Shown: piece after piece, positions 20,534 through 29,761 of the stretch
Numbering within the stretch: position 1 is the stretch's first letter
Layout of the letters: every line of letters starts with the position of its first letter
DNA from: Trueperaceae bacterium
GTDB lineage: Bacteria; Deinococcota; Deinococci; Deinococcales; Trueperaceae
Length of the DNA stretch: 64,000 nt
Direction of reading: 5' to 3'
Assembly: GCA_034520945.1 (NCBI GenBank)
Contig: JAXHNB010000006.1
Coordinates: forward strand, 608,001 to 672,000
Position numbers and translations under genes: made by a program
Notes under the pieces: model-generated
What the model was told of the DNA's origin: nothing
The model's input: only the letters and a program-made list of their open reading frames with translations
Databases searched by the model: none

Positions 20534-22557
20534 CGCCATTCGTGCTTCTCGCGCTGGTGCTGATCCTGGCGGCGGTCCTGTTGCGCGCCTCCGTGTGGGT
20601 GCACGTCGGCATCGTGGCCTTCGCGGTGCTGGTGTCGGCCGGCCTGGCCTCGCTGGGGGGGCTCGAACGTGCCAGCCCCGCCTGGGCGGTCACCGCGCTG
20701 GCGTTGGGCCTGTTGGTGCCCGCAGGCGTGCCCCACCGCGGGCATTCGCGCGTCGCGCCGCGCCGCAAGCGCTCCGGCACCCGCGTTCCCGCCAAGTCGT
20801 CCGGCGGTGGCGGCTTCGAGGGGATCGAGGTGCCCGGGTTCGAGATCCTCGAGAAGGTGGGCTCCGGCGGCATGGCCAGCGTGTACCGCGCGCGGCGCCG
20901 CAGCGATGGGCAGGTGGTCGCCCTGAAGGTCCCCATGGAGCAGTACGTGGCGGACGCCAAGTTCATCCGCCGCTTCCACCGCGAGGCGGAACTGGCGCAG
21001 CGCCTGGACCACCCCAACATCGTGCACACCTTCGATCATGGCGCGCACGGCGTGCAGCACTACATGGCGATGGAGTTCGTCGATGGGCGCAGCCTGGAGA
21101 GCTTCATCGAGGCCGGCGAACGCGACCCGGAGCTGAGCGTGGACGTCATGAAGCCCGTGGTGGAGGCGCTGCAGAACATCCACTCCACCGGCATCATTCA
21201 CCGCGACATCAAGCCCGGCAACATCATGATCGTCAAGGGCGGCGTGCGGAGCGGACGCCCGCGCGTGGCGCCCGAGGCGGTGAAGCTGATGGACTTCGGC
21301 ATCGCCGGCGGCAAGGTGATGTCGCGTCTGACCATGACGGGGGCCCGCGTGGGCACGCCGGTGTACATGTCGCCGGAGCAGGCCCGGGGCCTCAAGATCG
21401 ATCACCGCAGCGACATTTACAGCCTGGGGCTGGTGCTGTACGAGCTGTTGACCGGCCAGACGGCGTTCAAGGGGGGGTACGAGGCGATCGTGCACCAACA
21501 GATCTTCCAGACGCCCTCGCCCCCCCGGCAGCTGGACGTGAACATTCCACGGACGCTGGACGGCCTGGTGATGCGGATGATCGCCAAGGATCCCGACGAG
21601 CGTCCCACCCTGCAGGAGATCCAGTCGGTGCTCGCTTCGGAGGAGGAATGGGAGTCCTCCGACGAGGAGTTGCCGGTGCGGCTGGTGCTGGCCGTCTCGA
21701 CCCGGAAGGGCGTACTGCGCATCCTGGATCCCGAAGGGTCGCTGTACGGCAGCATGGGCGACGTCGGGGTGGGGGAGGGGTCGTTCCCGGCGGCGCCGCT
21801 GGCGGTGGCGACCGACGAGGACGGGTTCCTGTACGCGGCCGTGTTCGAGTACCGCGTGGGCGACGACAGTGACCACCGCATGATTTTCAAGCTCACCGCC
21901 GACGGGCACGAGGTGACCCGCTTCGGCCGCTACGGCATCGAGGAGGGGCAGTTCCTGTACCCCGTCTCGTTGGCGGTCGCCCCCGGCGGCGGGGACGTGT
22001 ACGTCCTGGACGGCGAGTCGTTGCGGGTACAGCGCTTCTCGCGCGACGGCGAGCCGCGCGGCACCTTCGGAGGGCGCGGACGAGGGCAGGGCGCCTTCGA
22101 GGATCCGCGGTCCCTGACGTGCGGTCCGGACGGCAAGGTGTACGTGCTGGACTACGGAAACCGGCAGGTGCAGCGGTTCACGCCGGACGGGCGCTACGAG
22201 ACCCGCTGGGCGTTCCGGATGGGACAGGACCAGGACGGCATGCGCCTGCTGGACGGGGTGTGCGTCGGGCGGGACGGCACGCTGTTCCTGAGCGACGCGA
22301 CGGCGGGCCGCATCCGCACGGTGACGGCGTCGGGCCGCGTGGGGCAGAGTTATGCCGTGGAGCCCCTGCAGGGCGAACCGACCGAAGGTCTGATGGACTT
22401 GGGCGTCGACGACGACGGCACGCTCTTCGCCGGGCGCCGGGGCGGGCACCTGATTCGCGTGTACGACACGGACGGCCACCACGTGCGCATGATCGACACC
22501 TACGCGCCGTTGGTGCAGATGGTGCTGGACGTGCGCCGCCCCTTCCACGGGGCGTGA
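20530..22557 (+). CDS. Hanks-type Ser/Thr kinase with N-terminal TM helices and C-terminal NHL repeats
   Basis: GSGGMASVY, VALK, HRDIKPGN, DFG, YMSPEQ; NHL repeats (GQFLYPVSLAV, YVLDYGNRQVQRF). Confidence 0.93.
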   Translation: MTPFVLLALVLILAAVLLRASVWVHVGIVAFAVLVSAGLASLGGLERASPAWAVTALALGLLVPAGVPHRGHSRVAPRRKRSGTRVPAKSSGGGGFEGIEVPGFEILEKVGSGGMASVYRARRRSDGQVVALKVPMEQYVADAKFIRRFHREAELAQRLDHPNIVHTFDHGAHGVQHYMAMEFVDGRSLESFIEAGERDPELSVDVMKPVVEALQNIHSTGIIHRDIKPGNIMIVKGGVRSGRPRVAPEAVKLMDFGIAGGKVMSRLTMTGARVGTPVYMSPEQARGLKIDHRSDIYSLGLVLYELLTGQTAFKGGYEAIVHQQIFQTPSPPRQLDVNIPRTLDGLVMRMIAKDPDERPTLQEIQSVLASEEEWESSDEELPVRLVLAVSTRKGVLRILDPEGSLYGSMGDVGVGEGSFPAAPLAVATDEDGFLYAAVFEYRVGDDSDHRMIFKLTADGHEVTRFGRYGIEEGQFLYPVSLAVAPGGGDVYVLDGESLRVQRFSRDGEPRGTFGGRGRGQGAFEDPRSLTCGPDGKVYVLDYGNRQVQRFTPDGRYETRWAFRMGQDQDGMRLLDGVCVGRDGTLFLSDATAGRIRTVTASGRVGQSYAVEPLQGEPTEGLMDLGVDDDGTLFAGRRGGHLIRVYDTDGHHVRMIDTYAPLVQMVLDVRRPFHGA

Positions 22558-22588
22558 ACCCGGCCGACGGGCCGAACCGGGGACAGGA

Positions 22589-23218
22589 TCAGAGGCCGGG
22601 GATCAGCCCGATGATGGCTTGGAACAGGTTGAGGAAGATGCCCTGCAACGCCCCGATCACGCCGGTGTAGCTCAGCACCAGGAACACCACCAGGAACCCC
22701 AGGATCCCGAAGCCACGAATCTGCTCCATGAACCGCCGCACCGAGGGGTTGCCCCACGCCAGGGCCGCCATCGCGCCGTCCAGCGGGAAGACGGGGAACA
22801 GGTTGATGACGGCGTGCAGCACCGCGAACGCGGCGGCGATCAGGAACGACCGGTACAGGTCGGGCGAGCCGGTGGAGAGAAACACCGATCCGATCAGCAC
22901 GCACACGAAGCCCACCATGAGGTAGGCGAGTGGCCCCGCGTACCACGCGAACGCCTCGCGGGAGCGGGGGCGGTAGTTGCGCGACTGGATGGGCACCATG
23001 CGCGGCCAGCCGAAGCCCAGCAGGAACAGCAGCGCCACGCCGATCGGCTCGAGCTGCTGCTGCGGTTCGAACGCGCCGTAGCCGCCCAGCCGCGGGGCGT
23101 TGTCCCCCAGGCGGGCGGCGACCCAAGTCTGGAACACGTTGTGGAACATCAGGGCGAACAACATCACGATCGCCGCGATCACCAGGGTGGTGGGGTCGTT
23201 GAGGTAGCGAAGGATCAC
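22589..23218 (-). CDS. Site-2 protease (M50) homologue with degenerate HExxH
   Basis: FGWPRMVP, AGP, NLFPVFPLDG; HExxH position reads HNVFQ. Confidence 0.85.
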   Translation of the reverse strand: MILRYLNDPTTLVIAAIVMLFALMFHNVFQTWVAARLGDNAPRLGGYGAFEPQQQLEPIGVALLFLLGFGWPRMVPIQSRNYRPRSREAFAWYAGPLAYLMVGFVCVLIGSVFLSTGSPDLYRSFLIAAAFAVLHAVINLFPVFPLDGAMAALAWGNPSVRRFMEQIRGFGILGFLVVFLVLSYTGVIGALQGIFLNLFQAIIGLIPGL

Positions 23219-25746
23219 GTCGGGTCGGTCCGCCTCTCGTTCGGGCCCTCCGCACGGAGGCGTCGGACCAGCGTTCGTGCCAGCTCGAGCTCCTGCTCGA
23301 AGCCGTTCACCTCGTCGTCGAGTCGCGCTTCCGCCACCTCGTCCAAAACGCGCCCCACGTCGGGGCCGGGCGGAAGACCCAACTCTATCACGTCCTGGCC
23401 GCGCAATCTGCGCTCGCCCAGGCGCGCTTCGAAGGCGCGGACGCGGGCGCGGAACGGCGCGCCGTGCACCTCCAGCAGGGCGCGGCCGGCACGGCCCAAC
23501 GAGCGCAGCACGGTCTCCGTGGCGCGCTCGCCCGCCAACAGGCGGTCCAGCTGCGTCAGCGCCTCCGCGCGGCGCGCCGGCCAATGGAACCGTTCCAGCA
23601 CCCGCTGCCGCGCGGCGGGCGACAACGGGTGCAGCATGGCCAGTACGTAGGCGGCGCCCGGCACGTCGCGGCCCTCGTCGTGAAGCGCGTCCAGCGCCTC
23701 CAACTCCGCGCGGGGGTGCGTCAGGCCGTACAGGCCCTCCAGGGCGCCCAACCGGTCCAGCTGCGCCAGCGCGCGGGACGGCATGGGGTCGCGCACCGTG
23801 CGCTCCAACTCGTTGCGGAGCCGTTCGGCACCGACGGCGACGCCGGCGTCCAGGGCCCGGCGCGCCTGCGCTTCGGTCTCGGCCTCGAAGGCGAAGCCCA
23901 AGCGGCCGGCCAGCCGCGCGCCCCGCACGATGCGGGTGGGGTCCTCCGTGAACGACAACGGGTGGAGGGTGCGCAGCACGCCACGTGCCAGGTCGCGCCG
24001 CCCGCCGAACGGGTCCAGCAGCCGGTGCGGGGCCGGGGCCAGCCGCAGCGCCATGGCGTTGATCGTGAAGTCGCGCCGCGCCAGGTCGCGCCGCACGTCG
24101 CTGTGCTCAACCTCCGGAAGCGCGCCGGGTTCGGGGTAGCGTTCCTCCCGCGCGGCCGCCAGGTCCACCGTCAACCCGCCAGGCAGGCGCACGTCGGCCG
24201 TCCCGAACGACGGGTGCGTCGTCCAGCCACCGCCGAGTTCGGCCACCAGCGCCTGCGCCATCATGGCGGCCTCCGCTTCCTCCAGCACCACGTCCAGATC
24301 GGTCAGCGGCCGCCGCAGGACGGCGTCGCGCACGGAGCCGCCCACCAGGTACGCCGCCCCGCCCGCCGGAAGGGCCGAGCGCAGCACCTGCAGCGCGCGC
24401 TCGGCCTGATGGGGGAGCCGTCTCAACAGCGCCTCGGCGGGATCGACGTGGTCCCGCTCGGGCGGGTGCCGTGCGGCCAACAGGTCGCTCCGCGTCACGA
24501 TGCCGATCAACCGGCCGTCCTGCACGACGGGGAGGCGACCGACGCCACGCTCGGACACCAGGCCCTCCAAGCGTTCCAGCGTCGCGTCGGGTGGGGCCGT
24601 CACGGCGGGCGTCCCCATGAAGCCGCGGACCTGCGACCGCCCCAGCCCGTGATCGAGGGCGCGCTGGACGTCCCGGCGCGACACCACCCCGACGACCGCG
24701 TCGCCGTCCAGGACAGGCATCCCGTTGTGCCCGAAGCGAAGCAACGCCCGCCCCGCCTCGTGCACGTTCGCGTCGACCGACAACGTGCGCACCGGGCGGC
24801 TCATCAGGTCACGCGCGCGCAGGGGCGGGCGGGCGTGCGTCTCGAAGGCGTGAAGCGCGGCCCGGACCGCGTCGTCGACGTCGTCGCGGGTACGAGCGAA
24901 CGCCGCGCCGGGATGCCCGCCCCCACCGGCGGCGTCGGCCAGCGCCGCCGCCACGTCGATCGCGCCGCCTGCCGAGCGGGCGAACAGCAACGTGCGGTCC
25001 TCCATCCGCACCGCCAGCAGCGCGGCGTCGGCCCGGTGCAGCCCCAGCAGGTCCTGCGCCATCTCCGAGACCCCCTCCAGGTACGCCGGCCAGGTGAACG
25101 CGGCCACCGCCACGGGCCGCCCCGCCACTCGTTCCAGGCGGGCCTCGTCCAGCATGCGGGCGTGGAACGCCCGGTGGGCGTCGTCGGCGAGGACGCCGCC
25201 GGTGAAGCGGCGGATCAGTTCCGGCGTGCCGCCCCGTCGCATCAGCCAGGCGGCGGCGTCGTGATCCTCGGCGGTGGTCAGGGCGTAGGCGAACCCGCCG
25301 GTGTCCTCGTGCAGGCCCAACAGCGCCAGGCTGGCCAGGTCCGCCGGCAGGGGGTCTTCGCGGCGCCGCAACTCCCGGACCAGCAGCGTCACGGTCGCGC
25401 CGACGGCGTCGATCAGGCCCCGACCGGCCGGGAGGGCGGTGTCGTCGGGCGGGTCGGGATGGTGGTCGTACACCCACAGGCGGGCGTTCGCCGTCCGCTC
25501 GGCCAGGGGACCTAGGCGCGCCTCGTCGGCCGTGTCCACGACGACCATCTCCTGAATCTTGCCGCGAAGCGCCTGCGCGACGCTGAGGGGGTCCAGCCGG
25601 TCGCGGTACAGGTTCACGCAGGCGCCGACCTCCGGCCGCAGGTTGGCCGGCAGCACGATGCGCGCCGTGGGGTGCAGCCGGCGCGCCAACGCCAGGCTGG
25701 CGATGGCGTCGAAGTCCGGCTGTTCGTGGGTGACGATCACGACCAC
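23215..25746 (-). CDS. tRNA nucleotidyltransferase (A-adding/CCA type) with DHH and CBS domains
   Basis: THEQPDFDA, YDHH, GGGH, tandem CBS, VGGSVRD, DLD, DLARRDFTINAMA, EDPTRIVRG. Confidence 0.9.
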   Translation of the reverse strand: MVVIVTHEQPDFDAIASLALARRLHPTARIVLPANLRPEVGACVNLYRDRLDPLSVAQALRGKIQEMVVVDTADEARLGPLAERTANARLWVYDHHPDPPDDTALPAGRGLIDAVGATVTLLVRELRRREDPLPADLASLALLGLHEDTGGFAYALTTAEDHDAAAWLMRRGGTPELIRRFTGGVLADDAHRAFHARMLDEARLERVAGRPVAVAAFTWPAYLEGVSEMAQDLLGLHRADAALLAVRMEDRTLLFARSAGGAIDVAAALADAAGGGGHPGAAFARTRDDVDDAVRAALHAFETHARPPLRARDLMSRPVRTLSVDANVHEAGRALLRFGHNGMPVLDGDAVVGVVSRRDVQRALDHGLGRSQVRGFMGTPAVTAPPDATLERLEGLVSERGVGRLPVVQDGRLIGIVTRSDLLAARHPPERDHVDPAEALLRRLPHQAERALQVLRSALPAGGAAYLVGGSVRDAVLRRPLTDLDVVLEEAEAAMMAQALVAELGGGWTTHPSFGTADVRLPGGLTVDLAAAREERYPEPGALPEVEHSDVRRDLARRDFTINAMALRLAPAPHRLLDPFGGRRDLARGVLRTLHPLSFTEDPTRIVRGARLAGRLGFAFEAETEAQARRALDAGVAVGAERLRNELERTVRDPMPSRALAQLDRLGALEGLYGLTHPRAELEALDALHDEGRDVPGAAYVLAMLHPLSPAARQRVLERFHWPARRAEALTQLDRLLAGERATETVLRSLGRAGRALLEVHGAPFRARVRAFEARLGERRLRGQDVIELGLPPGPDVGRVLDEVAEARLDDEVNGFEQELELARTLVRRLRAEGPNERRTDPT

Positions 25747-25807
25747 GGCCGCAGCCTATCGCGCAGCCGTGGGTCTCGGCCGCGCGCGGGTCCGGGCGTG
25801 CACGGGG

Positions 25808-26860
25808 TCAGGGCTGCTCGAGCGGGTGCTCCTCCGCCAGCCGCGACGCGAACGCCACCAGCAGCTGCACCACGCGCTCCACGTCCCGTACGTCGACCAT
25901 CTCGTTGGGGGAGTGCATGTAGCGGTTGGGGATCGACACCACCGCGGTGGGCACGCCCGCGCGTACCTTGGAGAGGTCGTCGGCGTCGGTGCCGGTCCGG
26001 CTCGGCGCCGCCGACACGGTGTAGGCGATGCCCTCCTGCTCCGCCGTGCGGCGCAACGCCTCCAGCACGCCGCGATGCACGTAGCTCCCGACGGACAGCT
26101 CGGGGCCGGACCCCAGCGCGTGGTCGCCCTCCTTGCGTTTGGAGGCGCCCGGCACGTCGGTGGCGTGCGTGACGTCGATCGCGATGGCCACGTCGGGCTC
26201 CCACGACCAGGCCGCCGACGCCGCGCCCAGGCCGCTGATCTCTTCTTGCACCGTGCCCGCCGCGATCGTCTCGCAGGGGCCGTCCTCCAGCCGCCGTGCG
26301 GCCTCGAGCGCGACGTAGGCGCCGATGCGGTCGTCGATCGCCTTGCTGACGATGCGGTCGTTGCGGAGCGTCACCAGCGGCTGCTCGATCACCGCGAAGT
26401 CGCCCGGCCCGGCGACGGCCAACGCCTCCTCCGCGTTGCGCGCGCCGAGGTCGATGTAGAGGTCCTCGATCTTGACCTGCTTGCGGCGGTCCTCGGCGCT
26501 CATCAGGTGCACCGGCTTGCGGCCGATCACGCCGATCGACTCCGCCCCGCGGCCGACGACGCGAACGCGCTGCCCGACCAGCTGCACGGCGTCCCAGCCG
26601 CCGACCGGCTTGAACCACACGAAGCCGTCCTCGTCGACGTGGGTGAGGATCAGCCCGATCTCGTCCAGGTGGCCGGCCAGCAGCAGACGGGGGGCGCGGC
26701 CCTTGCCGGCCACCGCGAACACGTTGCCGTACGCGTCCCGCTGGGTTTCCAGGCCGGCGCGTTCGGCGTGCTCGCGCCAGGTCGCGGCGGGGCGAGATTC
26801 GAAGCTGCTGGTGCCGGGGGCGGCCAGCAGCGCCTTCAGGAACGTCATGTCGAGAGCCAT
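25808..26860 (-). CDS. M42 family metallo-aminopeptidase (second paralogue)
   Basis: GHLDEIG, KAIDDR, QEEI, TGTDAD, RYMHSP. Confidence 0.93.
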   Translation of the reverse strand: MALDMTFLKALLAAPGTSSFESRPAATWREHAERAGLETQRDAYGNVFAVAGKGRAPRLLLAGHLDEIGLILTHVDEDGFVWFKPVGGWDAVQLVGQRVRVVGRGAESIGVIGRKPVHLMSAEDRRKQVKIEDLYIDLGARNAEEALAVAGPGDFAVIEQPLVTLRNDRIVSKAIDDRIGAYVALEAARRLEDGPCETIAAGTVQEEISGLGAASAAWSWEPDVAIAIDVTHATDVPGASKRKEGDHALGSGPELSVGSYVHRGVLEALRRTAEQEGIAYTVSAAPSRTGTDADDLSKVRAGVPTAVVSIPNRYMHSPNEMVDVRDVERVVQLLVAFASRLAEEHPLEQP

Positions 26861-26900
26861 GGTCCGAAGCCTACCCGTCGCCCGGCCTGGGCAGGGTCCC

Positions 26901-27326
26901 TCAGCGTCCCGGCGTGGCCGGCTGCAGGCCGTCGTCGGTCGCGACCCGTGGGAGGAGCTGGAGGCGCAACGGCCCCTCGTCGAGGCCGAGCTTGCGGGCG
27001 GGCTCGTTGAGGTGCCGCACGATGCCGTGCGCCAGCAGGTCGTCGGCGTCGCCGATGCGGGCGCTGTCGTGCGCCACCGCCACCGCGGGGATGTGCACGT
27101 CGGCCAGCCGTTCCAGCCCGGCGACGCCGGCGCGGTCCTTGCCGACGCCGGCGTCGTGCAACACGATCAGGGCCGGCGCGTGCCGCAACATCGCGCGGGC
27201 GGTGCCGAGCGTGGCGGGCGCGCCGCACACCACGACCTTGCCGGCGTGGTGTGCGCTCAAGGCCGCGGGGTCGTCCAGCAGGACGACCCGTCCCGCCCCC
27301 AGCGGCTCGTGGCGGGCGCGGCTCAC
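26901..27326 (-). CDS. Conserved hypothetical protein
   Basis: HDAGVGKDRAGVAGL...SARIGDA motif; GTGA coupling to upstream gene. Confidence 0.65.
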   Translation of the reverse strand: MSRARHEPLGAGRVVLLDDPAALSAHHAGKVVVCGAPATLGTARAMLRHAPALIVLHDAGVGKDRAGVAGLERLADVHIPAVAVAHDSARIGDADDLLAHGIVRHLNEPARKLGLDEGPLRLQLLPRVATDDGLQPATPGR

Positions 27327-27817
27327 TGGGCCGACCGACGCATCAGCATCCAAGCGCCGGCGCCGATCAGCAGCAGCGGCACGACCCAGCCGCCGACGCC
27401 CTGCAACACGTCGTCGAACACGAACAGTTCGAAGAACGCACCGAAGGCGGCGAACAGCGTTAGTCCCGTGCCGGCCAGGCGGAGGCCCTCGCGCTGCCCG
27501 TCGGCTCGGTTTTCGATGCTGGCCTGCAGAAAGGTGCCCACCCCCACCGAGGCGAGCACCAGGCCCCAGGCGTAGCTCCAGGTGTCGAAGGTGCCGGTCG
27601 CGTCCTGCAACGCCAGGATCGCGCCCACGGTGGCAGTGATTGCGCCGGGCACCGCCAACCTCGCGTTGCGCCGCGGTCCGATCAGGGCGGCCGTGACCAG
27701 TGCGAGCCCCACCACGATCACGATCAGCGGCCACGCGAACCCGTCCCAGATGCGGACGAGCAAGAACAACGCACCGATCAGCACCAGCAGCACCCCGGCG
27801 CGACGTCGGGTGTCCAT
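27323..27817 (-). CDS. Membrane protein with LiaF/LiaI-like repeats
   Basis: GVLLVLIGALFLL...WPLIVIVVG; ~6 hydrophobic segments; GGAGGTG RBS. Confidence 0.7.
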   Translation of the reverse strand: MDTRRRAGVLLVLIGALFLLVRIWDGFAWPLIVIVVGLALVTAALIGPRRNARLAVPGAITATVGAILALQDATGTFDTWSYAWGLVLASVGVGTFLQASIENRADGQREGLRLAGTGLTLFAAFGAFFELFVFDDVLQGVGGWVVPLLLIGAGAWMLMRRSAQ

Positions 27818-27892
27818 GGTCACCTCCGCCCCGAGTCTAGCGTCCCTCGCGCGGCGCGGTCAGCCGCGCGAGGGACGCCGTCGACGGCGCGA

Positions 27893-28879
27893 TCACTCCG
27901 GCGCGCTGGCCGTCGTGCGGCGGCGCAGGTGCGTCATCGCCGCTTCGGCGTGCACCAGGCCGTTCTCGATGAACACGTCGCTGGTACGCCGGCCGAACCC
28001 GGCGGAGCCGATGCAGAACAGGCCGGGGACGGTGGTTTCGAAGTTGTCGTCCAGCTCCGCCGCCAGCGTCGCCTCGTCCACCTCGGCGCCGACCTGGTGC
28101 AGCAGGGTGGGCGGCGCGTGGTACCCGGTCAGGAGGAACACTCGCTCGGCCGGAATGGCCAGCTCTTGCGGCCCCTTCACCGCCCGTACGACCTCGGGTC
28201 GGATCTCACGCACCTCGGCGCCGAAATGGACGTGGATGGAGCCTTCCTTGACGCGGTTCTCGAGGTTGGGACGGATCCAGTACTTGAGGCTGTGCCGGAA
28301 ATCATCGCCGCGGTGCACCATGGTGACCCGCGCCCCGCCACGGAACAGGTCCAACGCGGCGTCGGCGGCGCTGCTGCCCGCGCCGACGATCACCACGTCG
28401 CGGCCGTAGTGGGGGTGCGCCTCGTCGTAGTAGTGGCTCACGTGCGGAAGGTCCTCGCCCGGCACGCCGAGGCGGTTCGGGTGGTCGAAGTAGCCCGTCG
28501 CCAGGATCACGAAGCGCGCCTGCAGCGTACGCTCCGAGCCGTCGCGCCCGCGCGTCGCCACGGCGAACCCTTCGCCGTCGCGCGACAGCTGCGTGACCTC
28601 GGTGAAGGTCTCGACCTCCAGCGCTTCGGCGTGCACGACCTTGCGGTAGTAATCCAGCGCCTCCTTGCGGGTCGGTTTGTCGGTGGCGGTCACCAGCGGG
28701 TGTCCGCCGATCTCCAGCCGCTCGCTGGTGGTGAAGAAGGTCATGTACGTCGGGTAGCGGTAGACCGCGTTGACCACCGGTCCCTTGTCCAGGACCCGGT
28801 AGCGCATGCCGGCCCGCTTGGCTCGAATGGCGGCCTCGAGCCCGACCGGTCCCGCGCCGACGATGATCAGATCCAACAT
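27893..28879 (-). CDS. ypdA: YpdA-family putative bacillithiol disulfide reductase
   Basis: YPTYMTFFTT, PTRKEALDYY, HYYDEAHP, KYWIRP, FIENG. Confidence 0.9.
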   Translation of the reverse strand: MLDLIIVGAGPVGLEAAIRAKRAGMRYRVLDKGPVVNAVYRYPTYMTFFTTSERLEIGGHPLVTATDKPTRKEALDYYRKVVHAEALEVETFTEVTQLSRDGEGFAVATRGRDGSERTLQARFVILATGYFDHPNRLGVPGEDLPHVSHYYDEAHPHYGRDVVIVGAGSSAADAALDLFRGGARVTMVHRGDDFRHSLKYWIRPNLENRVKEGSIHVHFGAEVREIRPEVVRAVKGPQELAIPAERVFLLTGYHAPPTLLHQVGAEVDEATLAAELDDNFETTVPGLFCIGSAGFGRRTSDVFIENGLVHAEAAMTHLRRRTTASAPE

Positions 28880-28943
28880 GCCGCAGAGCCTACCAAGCGG
28901 TCCCCGTGTCGGCCGCGCCGCGCCCGACAGGGATCGTTCCGGC

Positions 28944-29591
28944 TCACACCCGCGCGCTGGGGCAATCGGGGACCAGAGGGCAGGCCTCGCACTTGGGCGA
29001 ACGGGCGGTGCAGACGCGCCGGCCGTGCAGGATCAGGGCGTGATGCGCAAAGATCCAGCGGTCGCGGGGCAGGACCGCCTCCAGGTCCTTCTCGACCTTG
29101 CTGGGGTCCTCGTGGCGGGTGAGCCGCAACCGGCGCGCCAGGCGGCCGACGTGCGTGTCGACCGCGATGCCGGGACGGCCGAAGGCGTTGGCGGCGACCA
29201 CGTTGGCGGTCTTGCGCCCCACGCCGGGCAGCGCAAGCAGGGCGCCGAAGTCCTCGGGGACCTGGCCGCCGTGCCGCTCGACCAGCACCCGCGCGGCGCC
29301 GACCAGGTTCTTGGCCTTGTTGCGGAACAGGCCGATGCGGCGCAGGTACGGCTCGAGATCTGCCGGGTCCGCCGTCGCCATGGCGGCCGCGTCGGGATAC
29401 GCCTCGAACAGGGCGGGCGTCGCGGCGTTCACGCTGACGTCGGTGGCTTGCGCGGAGAGGATGGTCGCCACCAACGACTGGAACGGGTCGCGGAAGTCCA
29501 ACTCGCTGGCGGCGTCGGGGTAGGCCTGCCCCAGGCGGCCGAGAATGCGGGACGCCCGTTCGGTACGGGCCTTGCGGCTCTCGCGCGGCAT
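28944..29591 (-). CDS. nth: Endonuclease III
   Basis: ILSAQATD, LPGVGRKTANVV, VDTH, C-x6-C-x2-C-x5-C 4Fe-4S motif. Confidence 0.96.
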   Translation of the reverse strand: MPRESRKARTERASRILGRLGQAYPDAASELDFRDPFQSLVATILSAQATDVSVNAATPALFEAYPDAAAMATADPADLEPYLRRIGLFRNKAKNLVGAARVLVERHGGQVPEDFGALLALPGVGRKTANVVAANAFGRPGIAVDTHVGRLARRLRLTRHEDPSKVEKDLEAVLPRDRWIFAHHALILHGRRVCTARSPKCEACPLVPDCPSARV

Positions 29592-29761
29592 GGAGCGAAG
29601 GCTACCACCCGACCTGCGGCCCCGTTGGTGGCGACGTGAGCGACCTCGCGGCAGGCGGGACGCCCGAGCGGCTACACTCGGAGCGAACACCCCGCGCGCA
29701 TCGCGCTCGCAGCGGTCTCGCACCGTGCTCGGCAAGCGGCGCGAACGCAGGAGGAGGCAGG

